A stretch of DNA of 64,000 nt, from NCBI RefSeq assembly GCF_006345805.1, contig NC_043021.1:11718001-11782000 (forward strand), read 5' to 3'. Below, piece after piece: positions 59,583 through 64,000 of this stretch. Under the pieces are notes generated by a model. That model was not told the DNA's origin. It made no database searches and saw only the letters and a program-made list of their open reading frames with translations. Origin of the DNA: Octopus sinensis. Lineage: Eukaryota. Position 1 is the first letter of the stretch; every line of letters starts with the position of its first letter. Position numbers and translations under genes: made by a program.

Positions 59583-61692
59583 TATATGGGTACAGGACGT
59601 CACCAACTGTGTAAACAACATGAAGTATGAAAACAAACAGGTTAAATATGCAAACAACGAGACAAAAAAATGGAAAACAGGACAAGTAACACAAAGAATG
59701 ACCCTTCATCAGTTGTTGGCTGTCTTTCTACTCCTCATTTCGAGCTATGAGTCTTTGAAGACAGTTGCTCCCGTAAATTCCAAAATAAAATTTTAGATTT
59801 ATGGAGGGTCAAAGTTGGGAACAAAAACAGGACAGGGGAGACGTACAAAGACCCGAACAAAAGCTGACATGGAGGGTCATTAGACCAGAACAAGAGGAAA
59901 ATAGTGAATGCTGGGAGAAATATTTTCTCTGAAAAGAGAAAAGACATATATATATATATATTTATATGAGTGTGTGTGTGTGTATGAAAGGGTGCTGAAA
60001 AGTTCCTGGCTTTGGGTAAAAAAAAATACAAGAGGATCAGTTAATTATGATCTTATTGAACATATTCCCCTTTCAGATTCACATACTTATTGCCATGGGC
60101 TTTCATTTTCCCTAAGCCCTGTTAAAGACTTCGGAAGGTTGGGCCTCCAATTAGGTCTTCCATAATACCCTTAAAAGCCAGAATGAATGAGGTACAAAAG
60201 CCCTTGGTGTACGAGAATGAATAGGATATTTCTGTATCCAAAACCGAAAGCAGCGATTTGGAAGAAACTGAAAGCGGTTATAGCGCCAGCAAAGATGATT
60301 TTACATCGGAATGAAGTAAAAACTTTAAAAATGTTTTTGTTATCAATTTTTCTGAGGAGATGGGGTCTATCCATAGTCTTTCTTAGGAAGCGAAACCGTT
60401 AGACTTTTTTTTTTTTCAGTATGCTTGTTTGAAGCGATCACTGCAGAAACAAACTGTTATGTAGAATGTAAACAAACAGTATATGCCAGGAAAGCCCACG
60501 AAATAGGGAATCAAAGTTTGGAAAATTTGTGAAGCAAATACTGGGTACTGCTGTAGATTTAGTTTTTGTACAGGGAAACTAATCTTAGTCAGCATGGCCT
60601 AGGGTATGATGTGGTCTGGAAATTACCACTTCCATACCATATCCAGGGCCGTATATTATTTTTTGACCGATTTTTTAGTTCGGTCAAACTTGTGGTGGAT
60701 TTAGGTGGATTCTGGTATTTCAGTTTATTTCACCTTTATGGTACACCTGTTCTGTTATGCATTAAATTCAACTGATGATCTAGTGATGTGAACAATTCTT
60801 CTATATCAAAATTTTGTTGCATAACCAATTGAATATTAGCTGATGATTCATTTTCTATTAATGATGTTTAAACATTTACCTTTTGCTCAGTTTACCTGGA
60901 TTTACCTGTAATTAGAGTCACTTTGAGACAAAAGTTATGCAACAGAATTGATTAAAACCCCTTTCTTTAATTATGTTCCAAATATCACATTAATATGTTG
61001 ATAAGTAAAAAAGTTACAGTTGTTTAATGAAACTAGTCTAAATTCAGATTATTTTAGAATTTAATTGAAACTCACGAGGGGTGTATATTGGTCAGAAATA
61101 TAGTAATGAAAGGGTTAAATCAAATGTAAGCCGTTGACCTTAGTGGTAAGCTTTTAACCACTAAGTCATGCACCATCATCTATCCATATATACAAACGGA
61201 TTCCCAGACCGGGCGTTGTGAGTGTTTATTGAGCGAAAAACACCTAAAGCTCCACGAGGCTCCGGCAGGGATGGTGGTGATCCCTGCTGTACTCTTTCAC
61301 CACAACTTTCTCTCACTCTTACTTCCTGTTTCTGTTGTACCTGTATTTCAAAGGGCCGGCCTTGTCACTCTCTGTGTCACGCTGAATATCCCCGAGAACT
61401 ACGTTAAGGGTACACGTGTCTGTGGAGTGCTCAGCCACTTACACGTTAATTTCACGAGCAGGCTGTTCCGTTGATTCGGATCAACCGGAACCCTCGTCAT
61501 CGTAACCGACGGAGTGCTTCCATTCCATATATACAAACAGATGTTTGGGTCTACTTACTTGCAACTCCCCAACTTGCAAGGCTCCAGGTTGATATGGTAG
61601 GCATATTTCACATGTTCCAATGTCACTTGGTCAGGTTCAGTGGTCTCAATCCAACCCCAAGCTTCTTTATCGAGTTGCTGTTTAGAAGGCAT
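15618..61692 (-). CDS. USP48: Ubiquitin carboxyl-terminal hydrolase 48, complete spliced CDS (29 coding exons, 3597 nt, 1198 aa)
   Basis: Exons assembled by hand with GT-AG boundaries and consistent phases. N-terminus [14 protein letters not shown], Cys box [24 protein letters not shown], His box [34 protein letters not shown]-terminal UBL region and end [12 protein letters not shown] all follow vertebrate USP48 as recalled (not searched). Confidence 0.97.
15836..16162 (+). mobile_element. Tc1-like element 5' fragment
   Basis: TA|caatatttcacagaagtatgtacacccc terminus; transposase start [12 protein letters not shown] at 16127. Confidence 0.7.
16230..16278 (-). CDS. USP48: USP48 coding exon 28
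   Basis: [16 protein letters not shown]+a. Confidence 0.92.
17562..17783. mobile_element. piggyBac-type MITE
   Basis: TTAA|cccttttgttacc...ggtaatgaaaggg|TTAA; 40 bp from the exon 27 donor. Confidence 0.85.
17823..17948 (-). CDS. USP48: USP48 coding exon 27 (UBL)
   Basis: [42 protein letters not shown]. Confidence 0.95.
18706..19200 (-). CDS. USP48: USP48 coding exon 26 (Thr/Ser-rich insert plus start of UBL domain)
   Basis: [11 protein letters not shown]-(T/S-rich tract)[30 protein letters not shown]; 495 nt, phase 0 at both ends. Confidence 0.92.
19748..19875 (+). ncRNA. Type I hammerhead ribozyme motif with about 90-nt loop II
   Basis: atct-CTGACGA-ggcc...ggct-GAAA-cagctg-TA^agat; palindromic stem III acagctgt. 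Confidence 0.75.
20434..20669 (-). CDS. USP48: USP48 coding exon 25
   Basis: (A)[33 protein letters not shown]...[11 protein letters not shown]. Confidence 0.92.
21209..21336 (-). CDS. USP48: USP48 coding exon 24
   Basis: (C)[42 protein letters not shown]+g. Confidence 0.92.
21455..21870 (+). mobile_element. tRNA-derived SINE with internal (TA/TG)n, representative of the most abundant family
   Basis: ggcgcaggagtggctgtgtggtaagtagcttgc...ggttcagtcccactg...gaaacaagtaaaagagt; other copies near 1.8, 13.5, 16.4, 38.5, 44.5, 45.1, 46.1, 55.5, 56.6, 57.7 and 63.1-64.0 kb. Confidence 0.85.
21880..22378. repeat. Three tandem partial units (about 150-175 bp) of a MITE family ending in ccct/aggg-TTAA
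   Basis: Repeated tgaataaataagcatt.catttga...ctaaagggtttaa; related copies at 49.18-50.01 kb and 24.1 kb. Confidence 0.7.
22479..22560 (-). pseudogene. Displaced partial copy of the USP48 exon 26 acceptor and 5' end (pseudo-exon)
   Basis: ttttacag|gctggaggtaaacatctcaaagttgtcccatcaac aligns to exon 26 ttctcag|gctggaggtaaacgtctcaaagttgccccatcaac; lies in intron 23. Confidence 0.85.
23279..23392 (-). CDS. USP48: USP48 coding exon 23
   Basis: (K)[37 protein letters not shown]+tg; weaker GTCTGT donor, phase fits exon 24. Confidence 0.9.
23840..24090 (+). mobile_element. RTE-clade LINE 3' end fragment (second family)
   Basis: [19 protein letters not shown]...R.RK.W..QVEEE-type C-terminus, degenerate. 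Confidence 0.65.
24916..25091 (-). CDS. USP48: USP48 coding exon 22
   Basis: [58 protein letters not shown]+aa. Confidence 0.93.
25265..25560 (+). mobile_element. CR1/L2-type LINE 3' end
   Basis: [39 protein letters not shown]...FKVSLD; A-rich tail. Confidence 0.85.
25604..25728 (-). CDS. USP48: USP48 coding exon 21
   Basis: (R)[41 protein letters not shown]. Confidence 0.94.
26619..26838. mobile_element. piggyBac-type MITE (same family, opposite orientation)
   Basis: TTAA TSD at 26615-26618 and 26839-26842. Confidence 0.85.
26994..27074 (-). CDS. USP48: USP48 coding exon 20
   Basis: (G)[26 protein letters not shown]+a. Confidence 0.91.
27923..28119 (-). CDS. USP48: USP48 coding exon 19
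   Basis: (T)[41 protein letters not shown]7[18 protein letters not shown]+g. Confidence 0.9.
28839..28894 (-). ncRNA. Type I hammerhead ribozyme motif, sense in USP48 intron 18
   Basis: gccg-CUGAAGA-ggug/cccc-GAAA-uuggaccaa-UA^cggu. Confidence 0.75.
28981..29037 (+). ncRNA. Type I hammerhead ribozyme motif (opposite arm)
   Basis: gccg-CTGAAGA-gggg/cccc-GAAA-ttggaccaa-TA^cgct. Confidence 0.75.
30098..30214 (-). CDS. USP48: USP48 coding exon 18
   Basis: (G)[38 protein letters not shown]+ac. Confidence 0.92.
30915..31430 (-). mobile_element. CR1-clade LINE 3' end
   Basis: [11 protein letters not shown]...NTRGHIYKV...[21 protein letters not shown]...FK; (TTA)n tail. Confidence 0.9.
31643..31874. 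mobile_element. Inverted tail-only insertion of the same HHR-SINE inside another SINE
   Basis: Minus tail 31646-31776 plus + 3' end 31777-31874; TSD atgaa(a)taaagt. Confidence 0.8.
31690..31735 (-). ncRNA. Minimal type I hammerhead motif in SINE tail
   Basis: gacac-CUGAAGA-a-ggcug/cagcu-GAAA-cg-UU^guguu. Confidence 0.7.
32193..32239 (-). CDS. USP48: USP48 coding exon 17
   Basis: [15 protein letters not shown]+gg. Confidence 0.9.
32467..32735. mobile_element. HHR-SINE copy (minus) followed by an inverted partial head
   Basis: Same sequence as the 37.7-38.2 kb copies. Confidence 0.8.
32508..32553 (-). ncRNA. Minimal type I hammerhead motif in SINE tail
   Basis: gacac-CUGAAGA-a-ggcug/cagcc-GAAA-cg-UU^guguu; palindromic ACGU stem III. 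Confidence 0.75.
34460..34508 (-). CDS. USP48: USP48 coding exon 16
   Basis: (R)[16 protein letters not shown]; GTAAGT donor. Confidence 0.9.
35914..36025 (-). CDS. USP48: USP48 coding exon 15 (DUSP-like region)
   Basis: (N)[36 protein letters not shown]+ag. Confidence 0.93.
36680..36755 (-). CDS. USP48: USP48 coding exon 14
   Basis: [25 protein letters not shown]+a. Confidence 0.9.
37664..38193. mobile_element. Head-to-head inverted dimer of a tRNA-headed, HHR-tailed SINE
   Basis: A-box TGGTGTAGTGG (37950-37960) and B-box GTTCAATTC; (TAA)n middle; HHR-like tails; 12-bp TSD cttcagtgatac at 37652-37663 and 38194-38205. Confidence 0.85.
38930..39048 (-). CDS. USP48: USP48 coding exon 13
   Basis: (A)[39 protein letters not shown]. 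Confidence 0.92.
40182..40482 (+). mobile_element. 301-bp insertion with a 32-bp flanking duplication and degenerate HHR
   Basis: Direct repeat 40150-40181 and 40483-40514; homologous copy at about 43460-43760. Confidence 0.7.
40584..40697 (-). CDS. USP48: USP48 coding exon 12
   Basis: (E)[37 protein letters not shown]+g. Confidence 0.94.
41375..41575 (-). CDS. USP48: USP48 coding exon 11 (His box)
   Basis: (G)[66 protein letters not shown]+g. Confidence 0.96.
42705..43215 (-). mobile_element. RTE LINE 3' UTR with (GAT)n tail, representative of many truncated copies
   Basis: Internal ggcacgtaaaaagcacc repeats and ...ccaacccatgctagcatggaaag...(gat)n. Related copies near 10.8, 20.3, 27.7, 39.2, 39.7, 42.0, 48.3, 49.7, 52.4, 55.1 and 62.7 kb; the copy at 46.5-46.76 kb joins the ORF end. 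Confidence 0.8.
44227..44309 (-). CDS. USP48: USP48 coding exon 10
   Basis: (K)[27 protein letters not shown]+g. Confidence 0.95.
45305..45549. repeat. Palindrome, about 117-bp arms, 12-nt spacer, inside the (TA)n of a SINE
   Basis: Arms 45305-45421 and 45434-45549, 1 substitution and 1 indel. Confidence 0.95.
45800..45933 (-). CDS. USP48: USP48 coding exon 9
   Basis: [44 protein letters not shown]+aa. Confidence 0.96.
46914..47425. mobile_element. Tc1/pogo-like non-autonomous DNA element
   Basis: Terminal inverted repeats ccgtaaatcctcgagtata / tatactcaaggatttacgg with TA TSD. Confidence 0.8.
47569..47677 (-). CDS. USP48: USP48 coding exon 8
   Basis: (C)[36 protein letters not shown]. Confidence 0.95.
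48378..49093. mobile_element. hAT-like non-autonomous element hosting the foldback, inserted in an RTE 3' UTR
   Basis: Ends agggctgt/acagccct; imperfect 8-bp TSD tcctaatc/tcctaaca splits ggatgcccttcctaacgccaacc. Confidence 0.55.
48491..48934. mobile_element. Foldback-like element with 74-bp tandem units in inverted arms
   Basis: About 50-bp outer inverted ends; units start at 48542, 48616 and 48690; inverted units 48741-48883. Confidence 0.85.
49224..49422. mobile_element. hAT-type MITE
   Basis: Terminal inverted repeats cagtggttttcaacc / ggttgaaaagcactg; duplicated ctttag(ca) flank. Confidence 0.75.
50669..50793 (-). CDS. USP48: USP48 coding exon 7
   Basis: [41 protein letters not shown]+tg. 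Confidence 0.96.
52188..52351. mobile_element. hAT-type MITE
   Basis: Terminal inverted repeats cagtgctc/gagcactg; 8-bp TSD gtctaaac/gcctaaac. Confidence 0.8.
54042..54099 (-). CDS. USP48: USP48 coding exon 6
   Basis: (R)[19 protein letters not shown]; GTAAGT donor. Confidence 0.95.
54321..54396 (-). CDS. USP48: USP48 coding exon 5
   Basis: (D)[24 protein letters not shown]+ag. Confidence 0.94.
55390..55471 (-). CDS. USP48: USP48 coding exon 4
   Basis: [27 protein letters not shown]+g; tag acceptor, GTGAGA donor. Confidence 0.92.
56371..56430 (-). CDS. USP48: USP48 coding exon 3 (catalytic Cys box)
   Basis: [20 protein letters not shown]. Confidence 0.96.
57541..57589 (+). ncRNA. Compact type I hammerhead ribozyme motif
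   Basis: gcttc-CTGATGA-t.ttc(attt)gaa.t-GAAA-cag(ttctagtc)ctg-TA^gaagc; 5-bp stem I, 4-bp stem III. Confidence 0.8.
58160..58415 (+). mobile_element. Second abundant tRNA-derived SINE family, representative copy
   Basis: ggcggcgagctggcagaaacgttagc...gagttcaaattc...; copies near 0.1, 0.3, 9.8, 10.4, 23.5, 24.4, 26.3, 27.4, 38.3, 42.2, 50.2-51.5 and 53.2 kb. Confidence 0.85.
59384..59504 (-). CDS. USP48: USP48 coding exon 2
   Basis: (K)[40 protein letters not shown]; cag acceptor, GTGGGT donor. Confidence 0.95.
59985..60185. mobile_element. Mariner-type MITE fragment; related copies at 7295-7395 and 19290-19500
   Basis: Shared gggtgctgaaaagttcctggc...ggaggatcagttaattatg...tcagattcacac. Confidence 0.65.
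60195..61114 (+). mobile_element. Degenerate piggyBac (PGBD4-like) transposon fragment
   Basis: AKPLDFF...[38 protein letters not shown]...LFFDRFFSS; right end aaaggg|TTAA at 61114. Confidence 0.85.
61198..61523 (+). mobile_element. 5'-truncated copy of the same SINE
   Basis: 15-bp TSD tccatatatacaaac; ends about 35 bp from the coding exon 1 donor. Confidence 0.9.
61559..61692 (-). CDS. USP48: USP48 coding exon 1
   Basis: [44 protein letters not shown]+aa; donor GTAAGT. An acceptor just upstream (exon start 61703 or 61694) implies a non-coding exon further 5', not located. Confidence 0.93.
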
Positions 61693-61900
61693 CCCTACAA
61701 AACCTGCAAAACAGAAAAGGGCAGGAGTGAAAAACAGAAAGCAACATATGTAATTTTTAACATTAATACAAATCTACATATTTTACTGGGAGAAGAGGAA
61801 CACTAGATGTACCAACATTTCTTACTTCCTACAAGGATAATAGTGGTCATTTTTGACCGGCATCGAAAATACAGTCTCTTAGCATTTATTGTCTTGAAAG

Positions 61901-62290
61901 ACGTGGAGGCGCAATGGCCCAGTGGTTAGGGCAGCGGACTCGCGGTCGTAGGATCGTGGTTTCGATTCCCAGACCAAGCATTGGGAGTGTTTATTGAGCG
62001 AAAAACACCTAAAGCTCCACGAGGCTCCAGCAGGGGATGGTGGTGATCCCTGCTGTACTCTTTCACCACAACTTTCTCTCACTCTTACTTCCTGTTTCTG
62101 TTGTACCTGTATTTCAAAGGGCCGGCCTTGTCACTCTCTGTGTCACGCTGAATATCCCCGAGAACTACGTTAAGGGTACACGTGTCTGTGGAGTGCTCAG
62201 CCACTTACACGTTAATTTCACGAGCAGGCTGTTCCGTTGATCGGATCAACCGGAACCCTCGTCGTCGTAACCGACGGAGTGCTTCCATCC
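61901..62290 (+). mobile_element. Full-length young tRNA-derived SINE
   Basis: tggcccagtggtt A-box, ggtttcgattcc B-box; 13-bp TSD attgtcttgaaag (61888-61900, 62291-62303). Confidence 0.9.
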
Positions 62291-63659
62291 ATTGTCTTGA
62301 AAGTACTTGGTGACCCTGTCGGTCAGTGCAGGTGCCACTTAAAAGCACCCAGTCCACATTGTAAAGTGGTTGGTGTTAGGAAGGGCATCCAGCTGTAAAA
62401 ATCCTGCCAAAAGAGTCACAGAAGTTTGGTGCAGGTTTCTGCCTGGCTGGCTCTTGTAAAACCATCCTACTTATGCTAGCATGGGAGGCAGATATTGAAA
62501 TACGGTGATGATGAGGAGAAGGATAAGCTAATGCAGTGAATAAAGAATTTGAAAATACAGTCTTTTTAGCATTTATTGTCTTGGTGACCCTGTCAGTCAG
62601 GTGCCACTTAAAAGCACCCAGTCCACACTGTAAAGTGGTTGGTGTTTGGAAGGGCATCCAGCTGTAAAAACCCTGCCAAAACTGACCTTGCCCGTGCTTA
62701 CGCCACGTAAAAAGCACTGGTTGAGGACAAATACAGACACGTAAAAAGCACCATCTGAGCGTGGTTGATGCCAGTGCCACCTGACTGGCTCCTGCGCCAG
62801 TGGAATGTAAAAAGCACCATTCGAGTGTTATCAATGCCAGTATCGCTTGATTGGCCCCCGTGCTGGTGGCACATAAAAAGAACCCACTACACTGTTAGAG
62901 TGGTTGGTATTAGAAAGGGCATCTAGCTGTAGAAACTTTGCCAAATCAGATTGGAGCCTGGCGCAGCCATCTGGTTCGCCAGTCCTCAGTCAAACCGTCA
63001 AACCCATGCCAGCATGGAAAGCAGACACTAAACGATGATATATTTTCTTTTTTTTTATTCTTTTACTTGTTTCAGTCATTTTGACTGTGGCCATGCTGGA
63101 GCACCGCCTTTAGTTGAACAAATCAACCCCAGGATATATTCTTTGTAAGCCTAGTTATTCTATCAGTCTCTTTTGCCGAACTGCTAGATTACGGGGACAT
63201 AAACACACCAACATTGGTTGTCAAGTAATGATGGGGGAACAAACACAAATACATATATATGTATGTATATATATATCTCTTTTACTTGTTTCAGTCATTT
63301 GACTGTGGCCATGCTGGAGCACCACCTTTAATCGAGCAAATCGACCCCAGGACTTATTCTTTTGTAAGCCCAGTACTTATTCTATCGGTCTCTTTTGCCG
63401 AACTGCTAAGTAACGGGGACATAAATACACCAGCATCGGTTGTCAAGCAATGCTAGGGGGACAAACACATACACACACGCATACATATATATATATACAT
63501 ATATACGACGGGCTTCTTTCAGTTTCCGTCTACCAAATCCACTCACAAGGCTTTGGTTGGCCCAAGGTGCCATGCAGTGGGACTGAACCGGAACCATGTG
63601 GTTGGTAAACAAGCTACTTACCACACAAGGGTTTGACCACCTCTTGTACCTACACCTTA

Positions 63660-63850
63660 GAACCATCATGGCTTCTGATGTGGCTTTTAAACCAGACAAT
63701 GATTTGAAAAGATACCCACATAGATTGCATATCTGATTTGGACCACCAAGAGCTGCAGTTAAGTTCTGATCTTTGTGGATTTTAAAATGTCATTTGAGGC
63801 CTCTGTTAGATTTGCAAACCTTCTGGCATACATTGCATTGAAAGGTGTGC
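63660..63850 (-). pseudogene. Degenerate pair of C2H2 zinc fingers (LINE C-terminus or ZNF remnant)
   Basis: FQCNVCQKVCKSNRGLK*HFKIH-linker-ICNLCGYLFKSLSGLK(frameshift)SHIRSH. Confidence 0.7.
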
Positions 63851-64000
63851 ACAGACATATAGGCAGAATACATATAGAACGGGCTTCTTTCAGTTTTCGT
63901 CTACCAAATCCACTCACAAAGATTTGGTCAGTCCAAGGCTATAGTAGAAGACACTTGCCCAAGGTGTCACGCGATGGGACTGAACCCAGAACCATGTGGT

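Noticed and set aside
59690-59760. CTGATGA and GAAA on the minus strand as a type II hammerhead
   Set aside because: Stem I could not be paired by hand.
60835-60875. CTGATGA followed by a hairpin
   Set aside because: No GAAA after the stem; it lies within the piggyBac 3' region.

Overview
Eukaryotic, AT-rich genomic DNA dense in microsatellites and SINEs. The repeat families look like a coleoid cephalopod, most likely Octopus (recognised by eye, not verified). The main feature is a complete USP48 (ubiquitin carboxyl-terminal hydrolase 48) coding region on the minus strand: 29 coding exons from ATG 61692 to stop 15618, 3597 nt, 1198 aa. Every intron is GT-AG, all phases are consistent, and the Cys/His/Asn-Asp catalytic boxes are intact. 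Introns and flanks hold tRNA-derived SINEs, RTE and CR1 LINE fragments, mariner/Tc1, piggyBac, hAT and pogo-like elements, and a Helitron. The most striking unexplained signal is about 18 type I hammerhead-ribozyme (HHR) motifs, 8 intact or nearly so and 10 degenerate, in at least 7 sequence contexts. They include long palindromes with a ribozyme on each strand and a tRNA-headed SINE with an HHR in its tail that inserts as an inverted unit inside a single target-site duplication (TSD), resembling Penelope-like elements or retrozymes. Pieces of USP48's own splice-site regions have also been copied elsewhere in the gene. All RNA folds were worked out by hand and no ribozyme activity has been shown.
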